From assembly GCF_009914755.1 (NCBI RefSeq), contig NC_060929.1: DNA of 64,000 bases; one strand, written 5' to 3'. The notes under the pieces are model-generated. The model saw only the letters and a list, made by a program, of their open reading frames with translations. It was not told where the DNA came from and ran no database searches. This DNA comes from the human T2T-CHM13v2.0 reference genome, Homo sapiens. Of the stretch, positions 14,243 through 28,830 are shown in pieces. Within the stretch, counting starts at the first letter, position 1, and each line of letters begins with the position of its first letter. Made by a program: the position numbers and the translations under genes.

Positions 14243-15494
14243 TATATGTCTTTGACCTCATTGCCCCAGGGGCACCCAAATCCCAGGAATGGCCTTCCAA
14301 GGGTACCTTAAATAAAAGTTAAAGGGATGAACAAGGGTGGTTGCCCAGACCAGAGGAGCGCTCTGAAAGCAGTAACATTTAATGCTCGAATGCCTCTACA
14401 AGAGTCGTCATGAGGTTGCACAAAAACATGTGGACATTTGCACTGAGAACGCTCTCTTTCCCAAGGCAACTCCGATCTTTGAGGAAATCCAATGGACCCT
14501 GCACCTTTCTAGTTCTGCCATTTGAGGCCTTGTGAAACAAGCCTGACTCGGCTTCTCGGTGACCAGTCCTTCAAATATTTGCCCACAGCTCTTATGTTTC
14601 CCTCTAAGTCTTTTCTCCTCCAAAATAAACACCATGGTTGTTTCAACATTTCCGTAGTGTACTAGCACAGTTCTATTAATACTTCAGTTGCAAGTTACAG
14701 AAACAGGCTCTGGTGAGCTTTACCTGAGATGTCTCATAGAATCAAAAGAGGAATTAAACATCTCCAACCTGAGAAGGAAGTTGCTGGGATTCAGAGCAGG
14801 AGTCAGCGTCCTCCTACTGCAGTCCTGCCATTCACGTAACTCATTGGTGACTTTCATGTCAATTTCAACTTCCTATTGAGATTCTGAAGACCTACCTGGG
14901 ATTAGCCAACCCTGGGCAGGGGCCTGCGTCACATAACATAGACATGGCTACCAAGTCTCAATACAGAAAAGTGAGATCACACAGGTTATTTCTTGTTATT
15001 CTGATCTCTCCTCTGAGCAGGGGCTATTTATTAGTGTTTCCTTTACTGTGTGGGGCCAAGTACTGAGGGTGACTCTGACCACGCAGAGCAGAGCAGGACC
15101 ATCATCCTCCTGTTCTGGACTCTATACTTTTATTATTACGGCCAAAGATAAAGATAGTGAGCATTTTTTTTTTTTTTTTTTTGATTCACATGACTCCTCT
15201 TGCCTGTTGTTATGTCACATCTCTTTCATCTTGTACTTCACTCGTTCGGTCTGGTGACTCTAAATGCCAGACCATATCCCTAAGAATTTTCATTGGAAAC
15301 ATCTGAGATGCTGTTCCAGCCTGCCAAAAGCTTTTGGATCTTCATTTTATCACCCATCATAGGATAAATGTATGCCAATACTACTTTTGTCTATTTATTT
15401 AGCAAAGTTTCATTGTATTTTGTTTTGTAAGAAACTGAGTTTAGCAGGAGAGATAATAGAGTCACTGAGCTACGCAGAGAAATCATAGAAAATG

Positions 15495-16000
15495 CGTAAG
15501 CGATCTAGTCATTCTACTTCTAGGAATTTATCATCAGAAATTGTCGGGGACATAAGCAGGTTTGAATGCTTACATTTTTGCCTCATTATTATTTATAACA
15601 AAAAAAATGAAGCCCATTTACTGCCAAACAGTAAGGGAATGTTTACATAAATTTTGATATATTAATTTAATAAAATATATTGCCACCAATAAAAATGTTG
15701 TTTACACATACATCCTCAAGACATCAGAAAATATTATAAAATACATATGCAATTTATTTAAGTTTAGAAGAAACTAAAACAAAAATCAATAATGTTTTGA
15801 TTTTTGTCTTTTTATTTTTTTATTTGCCCCACCTTGGAGAAACTAATGCCTTTTTATTTTTAATAAAACATAAACTGAAGCAAATATACCAAAATGTTAT
15901 CTGTGGGTTATCTCTGGATGATGGAGCTTTGGTGATGTTGTTGTCATCTTTATACCTTTCTCTATTTTTTTAACTTTATAATAAATATGTATTTCTTCTC
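15495..16000 (+). mobile_element. Highly diverged L1ME-like fragment
   Basis: CATTCTACTTCTAGGAATTTATC...ACCAAAATGTTA...GGTTATCTCTGG; AT-rich. Confidence 0.5.
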
Positions 16001-16869
16001 TTATAGAAAATCTTTTTAAAAGAAAGCTTATTTCATGATCATTCACAGAACTTCACTATTGATAAATTCTTTGCATTTTTATGCTATGGGACTTTTTTTT
16101 TTTTTAAGCTGTGATAAAGCCCAGAGTTTCCTTGGCTTCTCCTACTCGTGTGTAGATAGTAGAGCCACACCCCCCCACCACCACCCTGTGTTACTAGACC
16201 TTCCTGTTGAGCCAGTCCTCCACCTTGGAACTGACAGCTCTGAAGCTTGATATCTTCACCCTCCTGTCCATCAACAGCTCCTCACAGTTTTGGTCATTGC
16301 TGTCCTCTACCTCGGGCTCAGCCTTGCCCATGTTCTGAGTTTATCAGGCCAGCAGCAGAAAGAACATCAGCATGTCAGCCTCAGACCTAGTGTGACCTGA
16401 CATCATGTCACACGCCCATCTCCTGGGTTCTGTGTTCTGGGAAGAACCCTGGGTGTCATGGAGATTTTAAGTAAAAGGGTTTCTGTGCTTGGCAACCACA
16501 GAACTGAGCTTCTGCCTCGATTTCCCTATCATCATCAACTTACTTCCATATTAAGATTAGCCCTTGGGGCCCCAGCCTATTTGGCTGTTGTCTTGTCATC
16601 CCACCCAGGTCTTGCTAGTGATACCTTTATCCCCTCACCTTTCACGCCCTACCTGGGCTCCTCATGATCCCCCAGAGCCAATAGTGTCTGCCACCCGGGG
16701 TTTCTCCTTGTCTGTGCTCCTTGCTGGGCTGGGTGTCTGGCTTCTCTCCCTTTCCCAGTGTTTATTTTTCCCATGTGAGTGTCCTCCTCCTTTGCTGCCT
16801 GCCTGTGTCATCAAGGACTCAGGATGCCTCATGCTCCAACTAAGGCGCCCTGTGACATTGCACATGTTA

Positions 16870-17247
<378 letters not shown>

Positions 17248-17857
17248 GTATTTTTTATTATGAAAGTAGAAAATAAAAATTATATTTCTCTCACTGACAA
17301 ATAACCTTCACTGCTTAATATCTTAGGTTTTCTTCTAGTCTTTTTGATTGCTATGTAATTTTTACAGTTGTTGAAACTACTTAAAGGACCCAGGAATGGT
17401 CTTGTCAGTCTTCTACTTTTTTCTTTCCCTTTCCTTCTCTCCCTTCTTGCCCGTCCTTTTTTGACTACTGGTACATAAGGTAAGTTGGAGTGAGGGGGAA
17501 GAGGTACAATTAATTAGCATCTAGTTATCCCATTACTAAACGTGGTTCCTTGACTGGGTTGATTTGTTTGGATGCGCAGCCTCCTTACAGGTACCAGGTA
17601 CCAGGAGGAGTCACCCTCTATAGACTAGGGAACTTCACCTTCCGTGAGATTTAGTGGCTTGCTCCTCATGACACAGTTAGCGAGAGGCAAGGCTGAATTC
17701 AAGTGCAGGCTTCAAAGGCCATTTCTCTGTGTCCCTGTTGTAAGCACTGGGCCCATGGGATTTGACAACCATCAGCCTGGGCTCAGATTTCAAGTGGGGA
17801 AAAGTATCAGCAAGTGAGTGGAGCCGGAGGTGAAAGCAGCAGCAAGGAAACAGCGGC

Positions 17858-17984
17858 TGGCCGGGGGTGGGCAGGGGGCGGGGGTGGCAGGGGCGGGAGG
17901 GGAGGGTGGCGGGGGCAGTGGTGGCGCGGGGGGGTGTTGGCGGGGGCGGGGGGGCGGTGGTGGCTGTGGTGGCGGGGGGGGTTG
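17858..17984 (+). repeat. G-rich low-complexity tract (G-quadruplex prone, GC boxes)
   Basis: More than ten G3-G8 runs with short loops; several GGGGCGG. Confidence 0.9.
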
Positions 17985-18186
17985 GCCCCTCCTGGGCCCT
18001 ATGCTGGGCTTTCTGGAGGAGCTCCACAGAGCCCGGGCCTATTTTCCCATTGGAGAAACCACTTTTGTGTTCTTAGACACAAACTTTGTTTTTAGTCTAT
18101 TTGTCCCTTTCTGGTGGGCCATTGATCAGAGGAGCAGCCATGAGGCCCACCCAGCAAGAGCAGGCTTTGCATTTCTCTGGATTTGT

Positions 18187-18222
18187 ATGTGTGTGTGTCT
18201 GTGTGTGTGTTTGTGTGTGTGT
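18187..18222. repeat. Imperfect (TG)n microsatellite
   Basis: Interrupted TG run, seen directly. Confidence 0.9.
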
Positions 18223-19168
18223 TTATTGTGGGGTGAGGGTTTCAATCACACACAGGATAGAAGGGAGTTCCCCAGGGCTCCCACCAAACTGCACAACCTT
18301 CACAGTAGCCAGTCCTCAGCAGCACTGGCTGTTCTTCTATCAGCTCCTCCTAGATCTTCTCCTTAGGCTTCTGAATGACTCCTCATTCATTTTCTCTGAA
18401 AAGAAGAAAAAAGTATCCTCAATTGCACTCATATTAGTGTCTGCCCTCTGGGAGTCGGCTTTTTCTAAGCTGAATGCATGCAGCAGACATGCAGAATAGA
18501 CCGTGGGTGAGCCAGACGCTGGGGGGATGGCAGGGACAGCGGGATCAGGCAGCCTGTCTCAAGATGTGGCCCTAGGCAGACTTCAGCGAGTCCTGCAGTA
18601 AACTGTTCATTTATTATCCCACAAATATTTACTCCAGAGCCACTAAGTGCTCGAGAGAGATGTGACACCATCTGCACAGCTTTCTAGTGACTGAATCCAG
18701 AGGTAAAGCTTTGAGAATCTGCGGCCCTGTGCTGCCAGGCTTAGCCCATGTGTCCCGGAAACCACAGTCTGCAGACAGGGCCAGGCAGCGACGGGGTAAA
18801 TGGGGGACAAATAAAGATGGTGGAGTGCTGGTGACCTTAGTTCTGCAGCCAAATGCTTGCTCTAACTTCAAAATACCCTCCAACCCATTTGCTGCTCCAT
18901 ATAAACAATAGAGCTTGTCCAGAGCGCTTACAGGGCCTAAAGTCAGAAACGGCTTGAGCCAGAGGAGATTATTACGGTTAACTATTTTATCAAAAAGAGT
19001 GGAACCTGATGGAGCATCAAAATCATCGCTACCTTAAGATAATTTAAAAATGACTTTGTGCGGGAAAGGAGAGAGATGAGTTTCTTCCTAAACATGAAGA
19101 TTAACGTTCTTTTACAGTTTGTAGTCTCACTTTCATGACAGACTAGTCAAAGGGAAATTGGGTAAAAT

Positions 19169-19727
<559 letters not shown>

Positions 19728-19931
19728 GAAATCTAATTTTAAATTGCAAGTTTTCTGCGTCTCTATCCATTAATATTTCCCATAAACACAAATATTAAAG
19801 TACATTATATCTTAATTCTCTCTTAAGAAGGATTATCCTTTTTTCTGAGTTTATAGACTTGTAATTATAAGGTATTATAATGGATTTCTTTTCTGAAAGG
19901 GTGATGATAATGAAAAATAGCTGCTCTTTTT

Positions 19932-20705
19932 TTAATTTTACTTTAAGTTCTGGCATACATGTGCAGAATGCGCAGGTTTGTTACATAGGTATACACGTGC
20001 CATGGTGGTTTGCTGCACCCATCAACCCATCACCTATGTTAGGTATTTGTCCTAATGCTGTCCCTCCCCTAGTCCCCCACCCCCTGACAGGCCCCAGTGT
20101 GTGATATTCCCCTCCCTGTGTTCATGTGTTCTCATTGCTCAACTTCCACTTGTGAGTGAGAACATGCAGTGTTTAGTTTTCTGTTCTTGTATTAGTTTGC
20201 TGAGAATGAGGCTTTCCAGCTTCATCCATGTCCCTGCAAAGGACATGAACTCATCCTTTTTAATGGTTGCATAGTATTCCATGGTGTATATGTGCCACAT
20301 TTTCTTTATCTAGTCTATCATTGATGGGCATTTGGGTTGGTTCCAAGTCTTTGTTATTGTGAATAGTGCAGCAGTAAACATACATGTGCATGTGTCTTTG
20401 TAGTAGAATGATTTATAATCCTTTGGGTATATACCCAGTATTGGGATCGCTGGGTCAAATGGTATTTCTGGTTCTAGATCCTTGAGGAATCGCCACACTG
20501 TCTTCCACAATGCTTGAACTAATTTACACTCCCAACAGTGTAAAAGTTTCCTATTTCTCCACATCCTCTACAGCATCTCTTGTTTCCTGAGTTTTTAATG
20601 ATCACCATTCTAACTGGCATGAGATGGTATCTCATTGTGGTTTTGATTTGCATTCCTCTAATGACCAGTGATGATGAGCTTTTTGTCATATGTTTGTTTG
20701 GCCAC
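19932..20705 (-). mobile_element. L1PA (about PA7-PA10) 3' end, 5'-truncated insertion
   Basis: Antisense 3' UTR and ORF2 C-terminus (ORF 20310-20564: CKLVQ..WKTVWRFLKDLE..PKCPSMID); TSD AGCTGCTCTTTTT at 19919-19931 and 20706-20718. Confidence 0.95.
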
Positions 20706-20761
20706 AGCTGCTCTTTTTAAATCTTCTTATATTAAAAAATTGACAATCTTATGTTGGCCGC

Positions 20762-21120
20762 TGCTATGGTTCAAACGTTAGTGTCTCCCCAAAATTCATA
20801 TTTTGAGATCTAATCCCCAATATGGCAGTTAAAAGAAGTGGGGCCTTTAGGAGGTGATTGAGTCAAAAGGATGGATCCCTCATGAATGGGATTAGTGCCC
20901 TTATAAAAGAGGTCCAAATGAGCTTATTCACTTCTTCCACAGCATGAGGACACAGTGAAAAGTTCATCTCTGAACCAGAGAGCTAGTGCTCAGCAGACAC
21001 GGACCCTGCTGGAAACTTGGTCTTGAACTTCTCAGCATCCAGAACCATCAGAACTGAATTTCTATTGTTTATAAGCCACCTAGGTTATGGTATTTTGTTA
21101 CAGCAGCCTGAACAAATTAA
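20762..21120 (+). mobile_element. MaLR MLT1A-like LTR
   Basis: TGCTATGG...CCCCAAAATTCATAT...ATGAATGGGATTAGTGCCCTTATAAAAGAGG...TTTTGTTACAGCAGCC. Confidence 0.88.
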
Positions 21121-21621
21121 TATTTTTAAAATTTTTTTATCCTAATATTTTTTAATGTCACAGCAAACCTAGAAGTGCCTCTTTTTCACACCCTCCTATC
21201 CCCCCCAAAAAAATCAAGAAACAGAAATGCAGCCCTATGTGTGATAAACCTATGTAATATTTGCAACCCCAACTGCGATATCTGATGAAAGAATGCCAAA
21301 CCCACTGCAAGTCAAACAGGAAGGCAGGGAGGAGCTGAGAGAGGTGGGGGACACCAGAGAGTAGGAGCCAAGTTTAGCCCCTGTGAGAAGTTGAGAATGT
21401 GATGCTGAGAGAGGATTCACTCAGATTCAGATTCACATATGCACAGGAAGCAGTCTATCTGGGAGACAGGAGGAAGCAAGCGTTTCCACACTGCATTATG
21501 AGTAACTCTGCAGCTGCTGTCAATTATCTGGAGAGAAACACAGGCTAAACTATTCACCCACCCAAACAACCCCAAGTCATAAGAAACAGCACAGTGATCC
21601 AGGGAGAATTCCTGCTAGCTC

Positions 21622-21830
21622 TGTGTGTCAGTTATCAATTGCTGTGTAACAAACCATCCCCACAACATAGTGGCTCAAAACAACTATTTTACTGGCTAAA
21701 GACCCTGTGGGTAAGCAGTTTGGGCTGTGTTCAGTCAGACAGTTCTTTGGGTGGTCTCCCTCAGGGTCATTCATGAGGCTGTAGTCCTCCTCTTCTTTGA
21801 GTGTCTCTGGATGTGACCTCCTTCATGTGT
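21622..21830 (-). mobile_element. Old MLT1 LTR fragment
   Basis: GTCAGTTATCAATTGCTGTGTAACAAACCATCCC...TAGTGGCTCAAAACAA. Confidence 0.65.
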
Positions 21831-22053
21831 CCCGCAGTTGGAGCTGGAAAAACATTTAGCTGGCCTCAGACTTTCCCCATAACAACCTACAAGACTAGAA
21901 GTCAATAGCACAATGCCTTCCAGGTTTCAAGAGAAAAAAGTAACCTAAAAAGAAAGCTACAGTACGATGTTTTTGAATGTACAAGAATTCAGGGAATATA
22001 GTTTCCATATGCTCTCTTTGAATTAATCACTAGGGGAAGAAAAGGTGAGGTTT

Positions 22054-22425
22054 AGTCATGGGCTGAACTGGGTCTCACCCCCTCCAAATTCATGTGTTCA
22101 AGTCCTAAACGCTGGTACCTCTGAATGTGATATATCTGGACATAGAGACTTCAAAGAGGTAATTAAGATAAAAAGAGGTCATATGGAAGGGTCCTATTCC
22201 AATATGACTGATGTCCTTATAAGAGGAGGGAAGTTAAACACAGACAATTACAGAGAGAAAACCACGGCCATCTATCAATCTAGGAGGCAGTCCTCAGAAG
22301 GAACCAACCCCACTGACTTTGATCTTGAGTTTCTAGCTTCCAGAATTGTCAGAAAATAAATTCCTGTTGTTTAAGCCACACAACCTTTGGTACTTTGTTC
22401 TGGCAGCCCTGGCTGGCTAATATGC
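22054..22425 (+). mobile_element. MaLR MLT1B-like LTR
   Basis: GTCATGGGCTGAAC...CCAAATTCATGTGTT...GTCCTTATAAGAGGAGG...TTGTTTAAGCCAC. Confidence 0.85.
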
Positions 22426-22536
22426 CGACCAAGAACAATTACTTAAACTAATGAAAACAGAAGAGGGATGAGCATTGAACCGTTTCACCATAGGACCAAC
22501 TCTAAACCAAATGTGGTTAATAAATTGCACATTAAG

Positions 22537-22801
22537 GCCAGGTGTGGTGGCTCACACCTATAATTCTATCACCTTGGGAGGCTGAGGTGAGTGGGTCACT
22601 TGAGCCCAAGATTTCGAGACCAGCCTGGGCAACATGGCGAAACACTGTGTCTACAAAAAATACAAAAATTAGCCCAGCATAGTGGCTCACACTTGTAGTC
22701 CCAGCTATGTGGAAGGCTGAGGTGGGAGGATTGCCCAGGAAGAGGAGGCTGCAGTGAGCCAAGATTGCACCACTGCGCTGCAGCCTGGGCAACAGAGTAA
22801 G

Positions 22802-22805
<4 letters not shown>
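22537..22805 (+). mobile_element. AluJ ending in (TG)n
   Basis: CACTTGAGCCCAAG and GAGGCTGCAGTGAGC (J-type); runs straight into the TG repeat. Confidence 0.93.

Positions 22806-22857
<52 letters not shown>
22806..22857. repeat. (TG)26 microsatellite
   Basis: Perfect TG run, seen directly. Confidence 0.98.
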
Positions 22858-22860
<3 letters not shown>

Positions 22861-24853
22861 TGAGAGACAGAGAGAAAAAACATTTAGCAGAATTTCTCTA
22901 AGTGCATAAACCTGATTTTAAGAGACCTGGGGTCCAGTTGTGCCCAGGTCTCCAAGTAACACCTACCTTGGGCGAGTCCTTTGGGTTCTCAAGTTAGTTA
23001 CACTTTGCTCCATGGAAACGAGTGACTTTCAAAGTGGGCTCTAGAGAATATTAGGCATTTGGCATGAGAACCTCAGGAACTACCAAGAGGATCAGGGAGC
23101 GAGTCTGTGGGGCCTGGACCCTTCCCCACTTCTCGGGCACCCCCATGGGCTTCTCAGTAAGATTTCACTGGAGGGCAGGTTACTGTGGCTTAAGAAAACC
23201 TGAACACCTGCAAACTGGTCATTTCTGAGTTCTGTTCCTAGTCAAAAGCCATCAGCATTTTAAGTTGTGTTTCATACCTTTCGCCTTAAGAAAATGCAAG
23301 GTCTGTTGAGTAGTTACATGGGATTTGCCTGAAAGTGGGGGTGTTAGCAAGTGTGTTGCTACCCAAGGCCTACCACGGGGGCAGAAGCCAAGCCTGGCTC
23401 CCTCTCTTTCAGGACGGGGCCTCCTGTGGGAAGTGGATGCTGCTGCCAAGGACCGAGAGGTGATTGACTGAAGAAGCTGCATAGGGAGGGAATCTCGGGA
23501 GCTGGCTGCCAGGCTCTGGAGTGCCCTCAGAGGAAGAGCTCGGAGTGACCGCTCATCCTAGTGGGCAGAAATAGGAAGGCAGGGAGGAATAGGAGAAATA
23601 GGAAGCAGATCTTCAGCATCGGTCCCTTCCCCTCCTCCCCAGCTCACGGCTTGGTTCTCACAACCAAACCTCGGCGGGGCTAGAAATTCTCGCTCACAAG
23701 CCAACAAACGGCAAGTAATAGCTTCTAAAAGGCTCGCCTAGGATTTCTCCTCAAACTATCCTTGAAGAGCCCACCTAGAAGGTGGCATCCCCCACATACT
23801 CGGTACCATTGCAGGCTACACTCTTTTAGGAGTAGAACGCAGTCTTTGCTCTCTGTCAGGACTTCTGAAATGTTTTTATTGGAGCTGGAGGCTGTTTTCA
23901 AGGTGTGTGGGGGTGGGTGAAAGGGGACGAATAGCCACATACCACATGAATAGCCACTCAGAATTGTCTGAGGAGAGACTGACAGAAGGTTCCCCTGGGA
24001 CTCAAGCAGTTGTTTCTTTTCCAGGAAATTTCAGACAAGTTCATAGACCACCATGAGCTTGCAAATAAACTGTTAATAAAGAGACTTCCAGATGGGCTGG
24101 AGCAGGAAAGGGGAAACCCTGAGGCCGTTCAGCAAACAAAACAGAAAAACAAGGTGGGATCCAGAAGACAGGGAGGCTGAACGTTAACCTGGCTGGGGAG
24201 ACCATGGGCCACAGGAAATTGTCCAGCGCTCACGCTGCAGAGGCTCTGAAGGCAGGGGACCATCAGGCTCTGGCAGCCAGCCAGGGTGATCGAGGTCTAT
24301 TTGACTGGGCTTCAAATGGCTCCTTGGAGACCTAGTGTTGGACAAGAATTGAGTAGAGCAGCCAGTTGCCTGATGTGAGTCCCCACAGCACAACTTGGAT
24401 GTGTTTTTCATGTGATTTAAGAGCTCTGGTTGCCTCTCAAAGGGAACATAGTGCAGCTGGCCCATAAAGCTGTCGTTGTTTGGGGTTTTGGAAAATTCTC
24501 TTCTGAGAGGGTCAGAACAACCCTGAATCGTGACCAGGGCCAGAGCTCAAGCTACTCAGGGAAACCGCGGTCCCAAGGGTGGTGGGGTCAGCCAGCCAAA
24601 CACCTAATCAGGGCTGCAGCTTTCCACATGGGTGGGAGCCTGTGCATCGGTCTCACAGGGTCTCAATTCCACTTCCTAGGTGGTCTGAGACCTAGCAGTT
24701 CTCCAAGAGGAGGCAATTACTGTAAGCGGGGAAGCAAGGAGAAGCGGGGAAGCAATGATTCTACTGATGGTCCACACCAGTCCCACACTTTGTCATGGAA
24801 GATTCAGTTCCAACAAACCCCACAGGCAGGAATTCAACTCCCAATGGAGCTAG

Positions 24854-25166
<313 letters not shown>

Positions 25167-25429
25167 TTCTACTTCTTAAATAATATTTTCTGAAACCCTG
25201 AGATGTTGCAACGTTGTTCTACTCCCACTCCAATTTAGAACATCACTCAGTTATTTATTTCTTTATTCATTTATTTGGCAAATATTTAATACTCGCTGGA
25301 TGTAAAACAACAGCAACAACAACAATAACATGGCCTGGCACTGTGCTAACCACTACAGTGAAAGAACAGATACAGTTCTCCTCTTTATAGATCACACAGT
25401 ATCGTGGAGGAAACAGGTATTATTTCTTT

Positions 25430-25680
25430 TATTTATGTAATACTCGCATAATCTCTGCTATGCACAGAGCACTGCTCTAAGCACTTTACAAATATAAACA
25501 GTTAATCCCCTCCACAACCCTATGAAGTAGGTGATATTAATATCTCTATTTTTACAGATGAGGAAACTGAGGCACCAGACATTAAAATAACTTTCCCGGG
25601 ATCACACAGCTGGGAAGCGCTTAAATCCAGGTAGTCTAGCTCCAGCACTCAGGCCCTCAAATGCTACAGTTAGGCTGCCT
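25430..25680 (-). mobile_element. MIR, flanked by L2-like fragments
   Basis: TTTTACAGATGAGGAAACTGAGGCAC core. Confidence 0.85.
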
Positions 25681-26111
25681 TTCAAGCAGATAAATGCTAA
25701 TCAATAGACTATCCAGAAATGAAGACTGTGCTCGGCACTCTGAAAGAAAGCCAGGAAAGAGCAAGGGGATTTTTCACATTGGTTGAGAGTCAGGGTAGAC
25801 TTCTCTGCAGAAGGAACAGAAAGGAGGAAGATTGCTCCAAGCAGGGAAAATTGCAAAAGTAAAGGCCCTTGAGTAAACAAATCTTAGTGAATTCAAGGAC
25901 CTTCGAAAGAGGTTAGAGTCATCAGAGGGCAAAGGGCACATGAAGAGATGAGGTTGCAAGGGAAAAGGGTACGCAGTGTCAGGCCAGACTCAATTTTGTT
26001 TGGTGGTTCTCAAAGTAAAGTGGAAAAAAGGGCCGATCTTTAGGAAAACAGCCATAGGAAATAGAATGATCAAGTAGGGGAGCTTCATGTTTTCATTTTG
26101 AGAAGGGCCCC

Positions 26112-26466
26112 TGATATGATGTGGCTCTGCTTCCCCACCGAAATCTCATCTCAAATTGTAATCCCCATATGTTGACGGAGGGACCTGGTGGGAAGTGCTT
26201 GGATCATGGGGGTGATTTTCCCCATGCTGGTCTCGTGATAGTGAGTGAGTTCTCACCAGAGCTGGTGGTTTTAAAGTGTGGTACTTCCTGTCTCTCCTGC
26301 TGCCTTGTGAAGAAAGTACTTGCTTCCCCTTTGCCTTCCACCATGATTGTAAGTTTTCTGAAACCTCCCCAGCCATGCAGAGCTATGAGTCAATTAACCC
26401 TCTTTTGTTTATAAATGACTCAGTCTCAGGCAGCTTTTTATAGCAGTGTGAGAATGGACTAATACA
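26112..26466 (+). mobile_element. MaLR MSTA-like solo LTR
   Basis: TGATATG...AAATCTCATCTCAAATTGTAATCCCC...GAATGGACTAATACA; 5-bp TSD GCCCC/ACCCC. Confidence 0.92.
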
Positions 26467-26942
26467 ACCCCATAGCACATTTCACAAATGTCTAATCCTC
26501 ACAACCACCCTGGAAGGAAACAGATCAGATAGATTTAACCCCTTTGCGATATCCCACCCACCTTCCTAATGCCCGTCCCCTCTCCTGTGTTTCTGCTGGT
26601 ATAATCTCAGTTTTGTTCTGGGAAACCTATGTCTAGCCCCACACAAATACCCCTGTCCTAGCCTGCCCTGTAGCCAGGGGTGGCCTTGTACACTGCCTTG
26701 GCAGAAGAGACATCAGTGCAAATCTGCTGGGAGTCTGGGGAGCCCTTCGCTTTTCCTAATAGGCATAAACTTGGGTCCATGGGCTCATCACCACCTCCCC
26801 TTTCTTCCTATCTGGAGAAGGACAGGATGTCTACAGCTGTAAAAGCCATCATGCAACTGTGGTGGGACAAGTATAGGAGAAAGGCCAAGAGATGCTCTGA
26901 GAAGCTGACCCTGAACCAATGCCGGCAGCCACCCACAGCTAG

Positions 26943-27475
<533 letters not shown>

Positions 27476-28482
27476 TAGGGATTTCTATGCATGTTCAAAC
27501 TTTCCGGGCATTACACTCACCAATCCCGGAAACTGTGTTGCACAGAGCCCCTTCTGGACAGGCATGATTTGGGTCAGTGAACCCATCCTCCTCTGGTTAC
27601 CAGAGCCAATAGGGTCAATGCACCGTCTAGCTGAAAGCCAGTGATATTGTCTGCTCCAAAAGATGTGCTGGCCAAATAAAAGTCTCTCTTGCAGGGATTT
27701 GAATTACGTCATTCTGGGAGATTAAGAAAGGAGACAATGGGACCCAAAGTAGGAAGGTAAGGACTGGTGAGAGCAGCTCACAAGATCTTGTGAGAGGCGA
27801 AGTTATGAGTAAGCAGAAAATTGAGCAAGCAGAAGTTATGACAGAAAACACCCAAAAGATGGGCTCAATGAAGCAGTGGGCCACGGGCGGGCAGTGGAGC
27901 AGTCCACCCCAGTGCAGGCATGACCCAGAGACACTTTAAAAGCAATAATGAAACCCACACCAAATTGATCTGCTTTTATTAACACCAAGCACTGGCAAAT
28001 CTAAACGATATCAGTAAAGCAACCTTTTGTTGGTCTAAGTTTCAAACTATTGTGGCAGTTAATGTTGAATTTTAATAATGTGTATGCAAGCTTTAAATAG
28101 CCTGCTCTTCATATCTTATATTTTAAGAAACACCGTATGCCACATGGAAGTTAATTCAGAGAACATCCAGTTAGCATTTAGTCCAAATACAGCTACACAC
28201 AGACTCAGCTACACATATTTGTTTCAAGTGTAAGTCTTCAACAGCTTCGAACTGTTGAAACTCTCTTGGGATATAGCTCATTTCTCCAAAACCCTATGGT
28301 ATGGCACATGTGTACATTTAAACAATAAACTCAAAATAGACTATGACAGTGCCAAGTTTGTAAAGAGGAAGAAACATACCTTGAGTTATTTCAGTTCTGT
28401 CATTGCACATGCCCAGTGGAGTTTTTAACTTAAGTCTAGAGCTGTGATGTGCAATCTTTTTCTTTAATAAGTGCAAAATTAA

Positions 28483-28830
<348 letters not shown>

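Noticed and set aside
17818-18366. Longest ORF (182 aa, Gly-rich)
   Set aside because: Starts at GTG, and stays open because it crosses the G tract and TG repeat; no recognisable domain or exon structure.
22596-22883. His-Thr repeat ORFs (also 47572-47853) and the FFLS repeat ORFs at 31669-31983
   Set aside because: Translations of (TG)n, (TA)n and (CTTT)n microsatellites.
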